A stretch of DNA of 64,000 nucleotides from Candidatus Borrarchaeum weybense (GCA_019057385.1 JAHQJS010000004.1:1012727-1076726), one strand, 5' to 3'; numbered from the stretch's first letter, positions 1-10,107 are shown. The notes: generated by a model from the letters alone, not told the origin. Made by a program: numbers and translations.

Positions 1-1
1 A

Positions 2-982
2 AGTGGAGGGTCGGCTGCCAATTTAATAGGAATTGCAGTAGCTAGACGCGTAAAATTAAAAGATCGAATTGCTAACTCTGTTGTTTATTTTTCAGATCAA
101 ACTCATTCATCCGTTGAAAGAGGTCTAAAAGTTCTTGGATTTTCTGAAGAAAATTGTTGTAAACTCCCCTCAGATGATAATTTTCGTCTTTCGATTGAAA
201 TGCTCTCACAAAAAGTTAAAGAAGATAAGATAAGTGGCAAGATTCCCTTCTGTGTCGTTGCAAATGCAGGAACTACTAATACGGGTTCAGTTGACCCATT
301 AAATGACTTGGCAAGTTTTTGTAAGAATGAAGGTTTATGGTTACATGTAGACGGTGCATTTGGTGCAGCTGGAATTTTAGATTCGAAAGGGGAAAAACTG
401 TTGCAAGGCATAGATCATGCGGATTCTCTTGTTATTGACCCTCATAAATGGTTTTTCCAGCCCTATGAAATCAGTTGTCTACTTGTTCGAAATAGTATGC
501 TACTTAAAGATACGTTTCGCATTTTACCAGAGTACTTGAAAGATACTGATAGATCAAAAGAAGAAATTAATTTTTGTGATTATGGAACTCAATTAACAAG
601 AAGTTTTCGTGCCTTAAAATTGTGGATGTCGCTAAAATGCTTTGGCCTAAATGCCTTTAGACGTGCTGTAACAAAGGGATTCAAAATAGCCGAATATACT
701 GAACATCTTGTTAGAGAAAATCCTTTACTTGAAGTTATAACACCCGCGCAAATGGGGATTCTTACATTTCGATTTATTAGTGATTTACCTGATGAAAGGC
801 TAAACGAGTTAAACAGAAGCATAGTTGACAAAATAATAATCGATGGATATGCTATGGTCGCTACCACTCAATTAAGAGACAGGGTAGTTCTCAGAATGTG
901 TACGATAAACCCTCGGACTACTGAGGATGATATTAGACAAACATTACAAAGAATAACGAAGTTCGGACAAGAATTATTTTAA
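2..982 (+). CDS. PLP-dependent group II decarboxylase (aromatic amino acid/glutamate decarboxylase family), 5' end outside window
   Basis: Frame open from base 2 (SGGSAANL...); motifs AGTTNTGSVD, WLHVDGAFG and DPHKW (PLP lysine). Confidence 0.9.
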   Translation, partial: SGGSAANLIGIAVARRVKLKDRIANSVVYFSDQTHSSVERGLKVLGFSEENCCKLPSDDNFRLSIEMLSQKVKEDKISGKIPFCVVANAGTTNTGSVDPLNDLASFCKNEGLWLHVDGAFGAAGILDSKGEKLLQGIDHADSLVIDPHKWFFQPYEISCLLVRNSMLLKDTFRILPEYLKDTDRSKEEINFCDYGTQLTRSFRALKLWMSLKCFGLNAFRRAVTKGFKIAEYTEHLVRENPLLEVITPAQMGILTFRFISDLPDERLNELNRSIVDKIIIDGYAMVATTQLRDRVVLRMCTINPRTTEDDIRQTLQRITKFGQELF

Positions 983-1031
983 TTTCGTCTCCTTTTACGC
1001 AACTTAAGGTAAAACTCAGTATAAAAAAGAA

Positions 1032-1745
1032 CTATTTAAGAGCGTCAAGGACTTCTTCATAAGTAAAACGGTTTCGATAGAAGGCTTTTCCGATCACTGC
1101 TCCGTAAACACCTGTTCGGGCTAATTCCACCACATCTTTAACCTTGCCAATGCCTCCTGCTGCAACGACAGGTATGTTCACTGAACGGACCATGTTTTCC
1201 GTGTTTTCAATATCAGGTCCAGTAAGCATGCCGTCCCTTTCTACCGCTGTAAAAAGAATTGATCCTGCTCCTTTGTCTTCAATAACTTTAGCTAAGTCAA
1301 AGGCAGTAAATGTTGATACGTCTCTCCATCCCTTGATTGCAACCTTACCTTGCACATGATCTAAAGCAACCATAATGTGTTTCGAACCGATTTTTTCCTT
1401 TAACATTGTAATCATTTCTGGATTTTTCACAGCTGAAGTACCTATGATAACGCGTTCCACCCCAAGTTTGTGCAGTGTCAATGCTTTTTCGATATCGCTG
1501 ATTCCACCTCCAACTTGGAACTCGGCGTCTACTTCTTTCACTATAGCTTTTATGATCTCTATATTATCTCCCAAACCTAATGCGGCATCTAAATCGATTA
1601 TATGGATAGTTGTAGCACCCTGTTCCCACCAATATTTTGCGGCATCGATTGGATCGTTATAATATGTTTCTTCCGTTCCAGGTTTACCTTTAGTCAATCT
1701 AACACATTTCCCTTCTCTGAGATCAACGGCTGGCATTATTTGCAT
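1032..1745 (-). CDS. hisA: ProFAR isomerase HisA
   Basis: MPAVDLREGKCVRL, QVGGGI, DGMLTGPD, AAGGI; adjacent to hisH/hisB. Confidence 0.95.
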   Translation of the reverse strand: MQIMPAVDLREGKCVRLTKGKPGTEETYYNDPIDAAKYWWEQGATTIHIIDLDAALGLGDNIEIIKAIVKEVDAEFQVGGGISDIEKALTLHKLGVERVIIGTSAVKNPEMITMLKEKIGSKHIMVALDHVQGKVAIKGWRDVSTFTAFDLAKVIEDKGAGSILFTAVERDGMLTGPDIENTENMVRSVNIPVVAAGGIGKVKDVVELARTGVYGAVIGKAFYRNRFTYEEVLDALK

Positions 1746-1780
1746 TATTTAACACCTGATTTTCTACATTGAGAAATAGC

Positions 1781-2401
1781 CTATTTTTTAATGAAATCAA
1801 CGAAGTTTTCTAGCATCTTCAAGCCGACTTCACCACTTTTCTCTGGATGAAATTGAGTGGCAAATATTTGCCCATCTGAGATAATTGATGGAAAAGTAAC
1901 ACCGTATTCCGTTTTTGCCATTATTAAGTCTTCTTTTGTAAGATTGCTATAGTAAGAATGGACAAAATAAACAAATGAACCATTTTTAATTTGGGATCTG
2001 CCATTGCATAATGGATTGTCTTTCTTAACGATTTCTAGGTCATTCCAGCCGATTTGTGGAATTTTCACAGTATCTGGTAGTTTGACTACTCTTCCTGGAA
2101 GCAGGTCCATCCCTTGATATAGTCCTCCTTCTTCACTTTCAGTAAAGAGGAGTTGTAACCCTAAACAAATGCCAAGAAGTGTTTTTCCTTCGTTTACTGC
2201 ATCTTTTATTGGTTCTATGAATTCTTTCAGATTGTTAATTGCATCACGAAATGCACCAACGCCTGGGAGGATAACAGCATCCATCGATTTTATCTCACTT
2301 GGTGTTGTTATGATCTGTGGTTCGCTTCCTGCTTTTCTCAGCCCATTAGATATTGAACGGAGATTTCCGGCCCCATAATTAATAATCGCAATCCTAACCA
2401 C
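1781..2401 (-). CDS. hisH: Imidazole glycerol phosphate synthase glutaminase subunit
   Basis: NYGAGNLRS, LPGVGAF, GICLGLQ, YFVHSY, QFHPEKSG. Confidence 0.97.
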   Translation of the reverse strand: MVRIAIINYGAGNLRSISNGLRKAGSEPQIITTPSEIKSMDAVILPGVGAFRDAINNLKEFIEPIKDAVNEGKTLLGICLGLQLLFTESEEGGLYQGMDLLPGRVVKLPDTVKIPQIGWNDLEIVKKDNPLCNGRSQIKNGSFVYFVHSYYSNLTKEDLIMAKTEYGVTFPSIISDGQIFATQFHPEKSGEVGLKMLENFVDFIKK

Positions 2402-2976
2402 TACAAAACACCTTTCGTTGATGGAATTTCAGATTGTATATCATCGAATCGTACAGCATCTTTAAGTGCTAATGCAAGTGCCTTGAATGCGGCTTCTGAG
2501 ATATGATGATTGTCATCTCCTGTAAGCGTAGTAAGGTGCAAATTCATAATGGCATTATAGGTAAACGAAACGAGAAAATGGTATACGTCTTGAGCAGTCA
2601 CATCTTCGACTTTTGTTGACTTAAAATTCAATTCAATGTTGTGCCAAGGTCTTCCGCCTATGTCCACGACTGCACGAACTAAAGCATCATCCATCGGGAC
2701 ATAAGCACTTCCAAAACGTTTAATTCCTTTTTTATCTTTCAGTGCTTTATTAAAAGCTTGACCCAAGCATATACCAACATCCTCGATGATGTGGTGGGCA
2801 AGATCACCTTTAGCCGTAATTTGCATATCAATTAAAGAATGTTTCGAAAGAGCTGTTAATAAATGATTTAAGAAGTGGAATTCAGTATCAATTTCACTTT
2901 TTCCCATTCCGTCTAGTTCAATTTTAACGGAAATGTCAGTTTCTTTCGTCTTTCGAGTTATTTTTCCAACTCGCAT
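2401..2976 (-). CDS. hisB: Imidazoleglycerol-phosphate dehydratase
   Basis: RKTKETDI, HHIIEDVGI, PMDDAL, NHHISEAAFKA, PSTKGVL. Confidence 0.97.
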   Translation of the reverse strand: MRVGKITRKTKETDISVKIELDGMGKSEIDTEFHFLNHLLTALSKHSLIDMQITAKGDLAHHIIEDVGICLGQAFNKALKDKKGIKRFGSAYVPMDDALVRAVVDIGGRPWHNIELNFKSTKVEDVTAQDVYHFLVSFTYNAIMNLHLTTLTGDDNHHISEAAFKALALALKDAVRFDDIQSEIPSTKGVL

Positions 2977-3185
2977 ACATCATTCCCCTTTGTTTGTTAA
3001 TAGTTTTCAACTATCCAAAAACTGAACAGGTAACCTACAAAAACTTTGTTTTTATTTAATAAAGAAACATAAAATTCGAGATTCTATGTGAAGTCTGTTA
3101 GTTTATGAAATTAACTAAAACGAGTATCATTATTAGTTGTGTGAACTTATAATTGTAAAAGTCTATGAACGAATTTTTAATGCTC

Positions 3186-3289
3186 ATTACTGGAGTTGAG
3201 CGAAATAGATCAAGAGAAGATGGACAATCCTTGGCTTGAATTACCGACTGACGCTCCTCTTTATTGCTTGCTGAGGATTTGCCAGTAAT
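3186..3289. other. Candidate structured RNA/leader element upstream of hisB
   Basis: Terminal inverted repeat ATTACTGG (3186-3193)/CCAGTAAT (3282-3289), with internal pairs GAGCG/CGCTC and TCCTC/GAGGA. Confidence 0.25.
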
Positions 3290-3377
3290 CAACGCTTTCA
3301 ATCAAGAAGTCAAAGCAAAGCAACAAGAAGAGTTTATAATTAGGATCGATTGTCTTCCAGAGAGTTTCTAGAATTAA

Positions 3378-4019
3378 TTAAGGAAAAGGTTCAACAAAAA
3401 TAAATCGTGCAACGTCTGGACCGAGAGCTAAGAACATACCTCGTACGTTGATCCGCACAGATCCCTTAATATGGGAACCTTTCTTGACAATTATTTCTGT
3501 CTCGGGCGTCATACCTAACTCTGCCAACCGTCGAAGTAAATTTCTCTTTCCAAACATAAACTTTAGAAGCACTCTTTGCCCTCCTTCCACCATAGATAAT
3601 GGAATAACGTGCTCTATGCGATCAATCGACGGACTTAACAGTCCATCTTCAACAAACTTTTTAATTTCATAATCATCCAAATCATGCGCGTCATGCCAGT
3701 GTTCATGCCATTCCTTAGCACTTTTTAATTGTCCGTACCTCCTCCTTTTACGCCTCCTTTTTGGAAAGAGAAATTTATCGTGGATATATTGCTGTCGATG
3801 AATTTCTATTTGTTCGCTTCCCTTATCCGTAAGATATAGTTTTCCGCCGTTGGCCGTTACATAATTCTGTTCTAATGCGAAATCAACAACCTGCTTCATC
3901 ATAGCAGGTAATACGTTAAGTTCTTCAGCAATTGCCAGATAGTCTTCATCTTTATATGACCCTTTTGAGCCGATCAATTCTAAGAAACATTCCATTAATT
4001 TTTTTATTCTAAGACTCAT
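3378..4019 (-). CDS. Winged-helix, His-rich linker and C-terminal FeoA (SH3-like) domain protein
   Basis: C-terminal RRLAELGMTPETEI...ALGPDVARFIFV is FeoA-like; N-terminal wHTH wing LYLTDKG; WHEHWHDAHD. Confidence 0.75.
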   Translation of the reverse strand: MSLRIKKLMECFLELIGSKGSYKDEDYLAIAEELNVLPAMMKQVVDFALEQNYVTANGGKLYLTDKGSEQIEIHRQQYIHDKFLFPKRRRKRRRYGQLKSAKEWHEHWHDAHDLDDYEIKKFVEDGLLSPSIDRIEHVIPLSMVEGGQRVLLKFMFGKRNLLRRLAELGMTPETEIIVKKGSHIKGSVRINVRGMFLALGPDVARFIFVEPFP

Positions 4020-4348
4020 CCCTTTCCCTCCACACTATCAGAATGTGCCTGACGCATGCGCGTTACTTTACTGATAAATTTTGATCCTTTATTTGTAAGT
4101 AGATATAATTTTGTAGATAACCCTCCAAGCGATTTGTGGCAACCAATGCAACCATCAGAAGTAAGGATTGAGCAGTTAATTGGCTCAAAAGTGACATTAG
4201 CATCACCAAGTAATTTTAAATATTTCTTTTGGATTAAATGCTCGATCATACTCTCAATAACATGCTCGTTAACATTTAGATCTCTTTTGAGTTCTTTTTT
4301 GTTTACAAATTCTTTTTCTTTTATTATTTTTAGTAATTCAATGATCAT
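4016..4348 (-). CDS. FeoC-like winged-helix protein with Cys motif
   Basis: wHTH pattern, CSILTSDGCIGC, LYLLTNKG; directly after feoB. Confidence 0.65.
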   Translation of the reverse strand: MIIELLKIIKEKEFVNKKELKRDLNVNEHVIESMIEHLIQKKYLKLLGDANVTFEPINCSILTSDGCIGCHKSLGGLSTKLYLLTNKGSKFISKVTRMRQAHSDSVEGKG

Positions 4349-4433
4349 AATTCTTGAAACATCCCCAGGTACGTTATAAAAAAGTGATTGTCAAAAATAA
4401 AAAAGGAATTGGAAAGAGGAAAGACGAACACAG

Positions 4434-5810
4434 TTATCCTAACCCCAGCGCTAGACCAATCTGGAATATGGCAGTAGAAAGACCCCATGCCAGCGCTATT
4501 CCATATAGCACAGCGAACGCAGTCCATTTCCAAGAATTCGTTTCTTTTTTAATGACGGGAATAGTTACCAGGCACGGTATATAGAGCAAGGTAAATACCA
4601 TTAAACTGTATGCTGCCAATGGTGTCATAGACATTTGGAGAGTTGCTACAAGTCCTTCTTCACTTCCAGCGCCGTACAAGATTGCAAACGTGGCAATGAC
4701 AACCTCTTTTGCCAAGAATCCAAATATTAGCGCCATAGATGCTCTCCAGTCCGCACCCATTGTAGGCTCTAACACTTCTGCCAAACCGCTACCTATCATA
4801 CCAGCGATACTTTCTTTACCTCCGTACTCTACACCCTCTGGGAAGTACGCTAAAGCCCAGATAAGTATGACTAGAAGCACAATGACTCCTCCAGCCTTTT
4901 TCAAAAAGGTGAATGCACGTTCCCAGGTTGCCATTAGCACCCCCCTGATAGTAGGGGCTCTATATGGCGGCAGTTCCATCACAAATGGAGCAGTTGGTCC
5001 AGGCAATAAGAAGTGCCTGATTGCACGTCCTACGAGTACGACTAATATTAAACTCAGAATCACTAATGACCAGACTACTAGCGTTGCATGTAACGGTACA
5101 AAAAGTGCGGCGCCAAGGAAAACGAAAACTTCCAATCTCGCTGCACATGGGATTAGAGGGTTTACCATGATGGCAATTAGTCTATCTCTTCTCGTCTCAA
5201 GGGTTCGTGTCGCCATGATTGCGGGCACGTTGCATCCAAAGCCAAGCAATAGGCTAATGAAAGTCTTTCCATGAAGCCCCATTGCGTGCATAACTCTATC
5301 CATAACAAATGCTGCTCTTGCTAGGTACCCACTCTGTTCCAGAATAGTCAACACAAGGAAAAGTAATATGATAGGCGGCCAAAATACAAATATTGAACCG
5401 ATACCAGCTATGATTCCATCAACAACAAGTCCAATAAGCCATGGTGGGGCACCACCTGCCTCCATTGCTGCTGTTACAGTTTCACCGAGCACGCCGAAAC
5501 TCTCATCGAATAAATTGATGAAAAGGCCTCCTACATTAAACACGAATACAAACATTAAGTACATAATTCCCAAAAAAATCGGAATTCCTAAAACCCTGTG
5601 TGTCATAATTTTATCGATCTTATCAGAGAGATTCTCGACTTCAACTGATGGCTTTGTTAAGGTCTTGTTGACGATTTGTCCTATACGGCGATATTTCGCA
5701 TCTGCAATTATAGTCTCTAAGCCGTCTTCATATTTTTCTTTCAAATCTTTCAGAATGATTTCTGCTTCATCATATATGTTTCGCCGTTTTTTAGTATATA
5801 CTGCCGTCAC
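4434..5810 (-). CDS. feoB: Ferrous iron transporter FeoB, membrane (gate) part
   Basis: SDKIDKIMTHR, LEQSGYLARAAFVMD, GFGCNVPA, FVMELPPY, LYIPC; GGAGGTGA SD before the GTG start. Confidence 0.93.
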   Translation of the reverse strand: MTAVYTKKRRNIYDEAEIILKDLKEKYEDGLETIIADAKYRRIGQIVNKTLTKPSVEVENLSDKIDKIMTHRVLGIPIFLGIMYLMFVFVFNVGGLFINLFDESFGVLGETVTAAMEAGGAPPWLIGLVVDGIIAGIGSIFVFWPPIILLFLVLTILEQSGYLARAAFVMDRVMHAMGLHGKTFISLLLGFGCNVPAIMATRTLETRRDRLIAIMVNPLIPCAARLEVFVFLGAALFVPLHATLVVWSLVILSLILVVLVGRAIRHFLLPGPTAPFVMELPPYRAPTIRGVLMATWERAFTFLKKAGGVIVLLVILIWALAYFPEGVEYGGKESIAGMIGSGLAEVLEPTMGADWRASMALIFGFLAKEVVIATFAILYGAGSEEGLVATLQMSMTPLAAYSLMVFTLLYIPCLVTIPVIKKETNSWKWTAFAVLYGIALAWGLSTAIFQIGLALGLG

Positions 5811-6499
5811 TCTTCTTCACCTCCAATACCAAAAACGGTCTTAAGTACATCTGGGTCTTCTTCTAGGAGTGCAACTGCAAGCCATCGTATCGAATATTTT
5901 TGCTTCAGCCCTGAATTATGTTTCTCAATAAGGATTTCAAGTTCAGAAATCTTTGATTCCACGTCACGCCCATAATCGATATTCCTGTAATTCATTCTTA
6001 TCTTCCCACTTGCTACATTGGCAATAGTTTCCAATAGTTTTTCCATCCCTTCCTTCTTAGTCGCTACAGTCGGGACCACAGGACAACCTAATTGCTGTGA
6101 TAGCTCCTTAACATCAATTTTGTACCCTGATTTCTTTGCTTGGTCCATTAAGTTTAGCGCAATAACTATCTTAGCACCAAGTTCGATTGTTTGAATGGCA
6201 AGATAGAGATTTCTTTCGAGATTGGTGGCATCAACGATGTCAACCACTACGTCTGGCTTTTCTTCGATGATAAAGTTTCTAGCGATCACTTCTTCGATAG
6301 TATATGCCGAGAGAGAGTATGTACCAGGAAGATCCACGAATTTAATTCTATAGTCACCGTAATTACAGATCCCTTCTTTCTTTTCGACAGTCTTGCCTGG
6401 CCAATTACCTACCTTTTGACGGGCACCTGTGAGATTGTTGAAGACAGTACTCTTCCCTGTGTTTGGATTTCCTTCTAACGCAACTACAATCTCTTTCAA
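5807..6499 (-). CDS. feoB: Ferrous iron transporter FeoB, N-terminal GTPase part (separate gene)
   Basis: GNPNTGKS, GNWPGKTVE, DLPGTYSL, NLMD; ends with a GTGA overlap. Confidence 0.93.
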   Translation of the reverse strand: MKEIVVALEGNPNTGKSTVFNNLTGARQKVGNWPGKTVEKKEGICNYGDYRIKFVDLPGTYSLSAYTIEEVIARNFIIEEKPDVVVDIVDATNLERNLYLAIQTIELGAKIVIALNLMDQAKKSGYKIDVKELSQQLGCPVVPTVATKKEGMEKLLETIANVASGKIRMNYRNIDYGRDVESKISELEILIEKHNSGLKQKYSIRWLAVALLEEDPDVLKTVFGIGGEEE

Positions 6500-6564
6500 A
6501 ACAACTTCCCTCCACTAAACTTCCTTTTTCGTTCAGCAATTGTTAGGATAATTGACTTCATTGG

Positions 6565-6798
6565 TTATATGACCTCCACAAAAACGTTTTTAGCTTCTGC
6601 ATTTCGTAGAGTAAGGTGATATCCCTTCAAAAGGAATTGCACAGGGTCACCTAATGGTGCAACTTTAATCACCTCGATTTTGGTCCCTGGAACGATACCC
6701 ATATCGCGGATTCTACGGCTCACTGGTCCTTTGCCTTTAACTGCCTTGACTATACACTTTTCTCCGGGTTTCAACTTATTCAATGTTTGTTCGGTCAT
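6565..6798 (-). CDS. feoA: FeoA
   Basis: RRIRDMGIVPG, KVAPLGDP, LTLRNAEA. Confidence 0.95.
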   Translation of the reverse strand: MTEQTLNKLKPGEKCIVKAVKGKGPVSRRIRDMGIVPGTKIEVIKVAPLGDPVQFLLKGYHLTLRNAEAKNVFVEVI

Positions 6799-6876
6799 TT
6801 CTCATATTCTCCGTTCTTATTTTCTAAAAGACATAGATTTCAGAGTATTTTACGGTGAACGAATAGTCATTAGGAG

Positions 6877-6951
6877 TTTTAGGTGTACTAACTTTTTATA
6901 TTTTAGGGATACCTAACTTTTTATATTTTAGGGATACCTAACTTTTTTATA
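6877..6951. promoter_or_regulatory. Three tandem 24-25 bp units carrying DtxR-like palindromes (TTAGG-N4-CCTAA) upstream of feoA
   Basis: TTAGGGATACCTAA at 6903-6916 and 6928-6941; degenerate TTAGGTGTACTAA at 6879-6891. Confidence 0.8.
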
Positions 6952-7322
6952 AACTTTTCGCCCATGCCCAGCATTTCTTTAACACCTATCTCAGGAAAAT
7001 TGCACTTGCGGTGGAAGAAAAAAAATACCCTTAAATTGAAGAGAACCATGACTGAGCGCTTAAAAAAACTTATAACGTGTAAAACGATAGTCAATTGGTT
7101 GAAACTTTTCCTCAAAAACCAGAATTTGTGTAACAGAATTAAAACTGATTTCTGTCATCTTAAACAGTAAATTTCGGATTAAAATATGAGTTCAGTCTCT
7201 TTTTGGCATTTTTATGAAAAAATGGTTGGAAACTTTTTCATATAACACAGTAAAGACCATTAGGAGAGTGCTATCCCTATATCACCTAAGAAAGTTATAA
7301 AAAGTTGGCATACAAACTTTTA

Positions 7323-7336
7323 TTAGGTATACCGAA
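7323..7336. promoter_or_regulatory. Degenerate DtxR-like box
   Basis: TTAGG-TATA-CCGAA, one mismatch to the feoA boxes. Confidence 0.45.
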
Positions 7337-7826
7337 AACAGAGACACTTGCACGGCTTACTAGTTTTATCAACTTTATCAAACAAGTAGCAATAGGCCAA
7401 GAGTGTTTAAATATTTTCAAATCTTTTCATGCCAAACAGTTTCATTCAAGTGAAGTTCACTTAAATAAAGACGATGACTAAATGATCGCTTTTTGGTATC
7501 TATGGATTTTCTTTGTTGTCGGAAACGTAGAGCATGCTATTTCAGTCATGCCTTTTTGTTCGCCCTATCGTCTAGTAGCGGATACAAGGATGGAGTAACC
7601 ATGACCGACGATAAAAAAGAAACATATTGGCGTAAAATAATCAAGGTTTCAACAATACCAGCAACGGCTTCCCCGACATCTGTCCAAACGTGGAAAAACA
7701 CTGCAGGGAAAATCCCCGTCAGCACCCAAACTAAGGGGTAACTTTACTTTCCAGAAAAAGAAGTCCGTAAAAGGTTTCTGTGAACTAAAAATGAAGTTTC
7801 CAATAAACTCAGTATGGTAATGTTCC

Positions 7827-8921
7827 TTATCTCTCCAGAATGTCCCTCAAATTGATCAACAAAGTGTTATTCATTTTTCTCGTCCCGACTGCAGTACGAA
7901 AACAATTTTGTAGCAGTGGATGACTACTTAGATCTCTGACTAAGATACCTTTTTTCATTAATTCGTTGACGACTTCTGTCGCCGATAGGTCATCATGTTG
8001 AATTTTAACCAGGAGAAAGTTTGCTTTCGATGGAAAGACTTTAACAGGAAACTGTGATAATTCCTTTCCTAAGTATTCGCGTTCTTTTTTTATTTCTTCA
8101 GCTTTCTTTCGAACATAATTAAAATTTTGAAGTAGTTTAATTGTCATCTGTTGTGCAATGAGATTCACTGAAAATGGACCAATGACTCTTAGAAAATAGG
8201 ATGCTAACATCTCATTGGTGAATAAGAACCCCAGTCGCAAACCTGCAATTCCTGCTGATTTTGAGAATGTACTGAACACGATTAAATTATCAAATTCGCG
8301 AATTAGTGGTAACACCGAGTAATCTGCAAATTCCACATATGCTTCATCCACTATGACGATTTTATCAGTTTGAGTAAGTAGTTCTCTTATTTGTTCTTCA
8401 GAAAATTGATTGCCAGTAGGATTGTTTGGTGAACACATTACGATAAGCTTCGTTTTGTCAGAAGTCTTTTCCAGTATCTCGTTACAGTCGAGATTGAAAT
8501 CCTTTCCTAGGGAAACTGGGATATATCGTCCTCCTGCTAGTTCTGTAGTAATTTTATAAACAGAAAATGTAGGATCAATAGCGATTATTTCATCACCAGG
8601 ATTAATGAATATCCGTGGGAGCAGCTCAATTAACTCGTCAGATCCGTTCCCAATTACAACTTCGCTTACTTTTATATTAAAGAATTCTGCCATTGCTCGA
8701 CGCGCGTTTAAACTCCGTTCAGTAGGATAGGCTCTTATGTCTACTTCTTTCATGGCATCTTCGAATAATGTATCAAGCCATTCTTTTTCAATGAAGTAAT
8801 TTTCACTGGTACTTAGGCGAACTATTTCTGTTGGTTTGCTATCACTTAATAGTTCAAGGGCAGGATCTTCCCATGATTTCAATGACCTTGTTTCTTCTCT
8901 AATGAGATTTTCCCAGTCCAT
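7827..8921 (-). CDS. hisC: Histidinol-phosphate aminotransferase
   Basis: GNGSDELI, SPNNPTG, VDEAY, TFSKSAGIAGLRLG. Confidence 0.95.
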   Translation of the reverse strand: MDWENLIREETRSLKSWEDPALELLSDSKPTEIVRLSTSENYFIEKEWLDTLFEDAMKEVDIRAYPTERSLNARRAMAEFFNIKVSEVVIGNGSDELIELLPRIFINPGDEIIAIDPTFSVYKITTELAGGRYIPVSLGKDFNLDCNEILEKTSDKTKLIVMCSPNNPTGNQFSEEQIRELLTQTDKIVIVDEAYVEFADYSVLPLIREFDNLIVFSTFSKSAGIAGLRLGFLFTNEMLASYFLRVIGPFSVNLIAQQMTIKLLQNFNYVRKKAEEIKKEREYLGKELSQFPVKVFPSKANFLLVKIQHDDLSATEVVNELMKKGILVRDLSSHPLLQNCFRTAVGTRKMNNTLLINLRDILER

Positions 8922-8936
8922 TTAAATTCCCTACTT

Positions 8937-9923
8937 TTATGATTTGAAAGTGTTTAATTTTCTTATCTCTTCAAGAGAAAGAACTTGTCTTGGTGTGTGT
9001 ACAACAAGACCTTGAGCAAGCTTTCTAAGTTTAGGAATTAGTTCAATAAATAAATCTCGAGGAATTACAGTATTGAGTGCAACCCATCCTTCTTCAGCAA
9101 GGGGAGAGATTGTAGGGCGTTTTAATGCAGGTAAAGTGGCAAGGAGGGTGTCTACATTTTCTTCCTTGACGTTCATAAATATATGAAGCCGTTTCCGTGC
9201 ATCAACGACGCCTTGCAATAAGGTAAGCACATCAGACATTTTCTCTCGTTTCCAAGGATCTTTCAGGCTCTCCATATTTGCCAATAAAACAGCCTGAGAG
9301 TCACCTATTTGTTCTATGATTTTCAAATTGTTTGCTCTAATTGTTGTACCAGTTTCTGTGTTATCAATAATCGCATCAGCATCTTCTGGGGGCTTAGATT
9401 CTGTTGCACCAAATGATAGATGAAGGATTACTGATGGATTTTCACCACTTTTACCCCAAGGGGTAATAACCAATGGCTTTTTGTCACCAAACCGTTCCTT
9501 ATATTCTTCATTTTTGAGTATATATTCTGTAACTGTATTAATATATTCTGTACTAATTCTTAATGGATTTCCTTTAACAAAGAATTTTCTTAGAAGATCA
9601 GAAAAACTTTTTACGTCTTCCCATATCTCTGGAACAGCTAATACGATCTTCACATGTCCATATTCTAGTTTTGTTAAAATCTCTACATCTGATTGAGATT
9701 CTTGAATCCAATCTTCACCACTTATCCCAATATCATGTGCGCCTTGTTCAACCAAAGAGGGGATCTCTTGTGGTCTAAGGATTTTTACGCTTAACTCAGG
9801 ATCATTTATGTATGGCCTGTATGTCCTGTCATCGCCTTTAATGGCATAATTTGCCTCTGAAAATAATTTCAGTGTTCGTTCCCCTAGTGATCCTTTGGGA
9901 ATTACTAATTTCAATTGTTGCAT
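8937..9923 (-). CDS. hisG: ATP phosphoribosyltransferase, long form
   Basis: IPKGSL, RPQEIP, GATE, DAIIDNTETGTTIRANNL, C-terminal PTISPL regulatory domain. Confidence 0.95.
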   Translation of the reverse strand: MQQLKLVIPKGSLGERTLKLFSEANYAIKGDDRTYRPYINDPELSVKILRPQEIPSLVEQGAHDIGISGEDWIQESQSDVEILTKLEYGHVKIVLAVPEIWEDVKSFSDLLRKFFVKGNPLRISTEYINTVTEYILKNEEYKERFGDKKPLVITPWGKSGENPSVILHLSFGATESKPPEDADAIIDNTETGTTIRANNLKIIEQIGDSQAVLLANMESLKDPWKREKMSDVLTLLQGVVDARKRLHIFMNVKEENVDTLLATLPALKRPTISPLAEEGWVALNTVIPRDLFIELIPKLRKLAQGLVVHTPRQVLSLEEIRKLNTFKS

Positions 9924-10006
9924 TTTATCAACACCTTTACATAATATGAGTAAAAACTAAACACTCTATGAGTGTGTCTAACGATATAACTTGAGAAAAC
10001 TTATTT

Positions 10007-10107
10007 GCGGGGTCAAAGATCACGTTAATGGAGTGAAAATCAGAAAGAAACTTGGTTAAATAGATGGAAACGATTCCTCCACATCAGCTTCACCTAACAA
10101 TCCCCGC
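10007..10107. other. Candidate structured RNA between hisD and hisG
   Basis: GCGGGG (10007-10012)/CCCCGC (10102-10107) closing stem in AT-rich DNA, inner GTGAA/TTCAC; TATA-like box about 25 nt upstream on the minus strand. Confidence 0.3.

Noticed and set aside
6877-6951. Tandem 25-bp repeats as a CRISPR array
   Set aside because: No unique spacers and no cas genes; the palindrome and position fit operator sites
6964-7790. Short ORFs between feoA and hisC (6921-7115, 6964-7170, 7493-7741 and an opposite-strand hydrophobic frame)
   Set aside because: No recognisable motif or convincing SD; possibly decayed sequence, but not supportable
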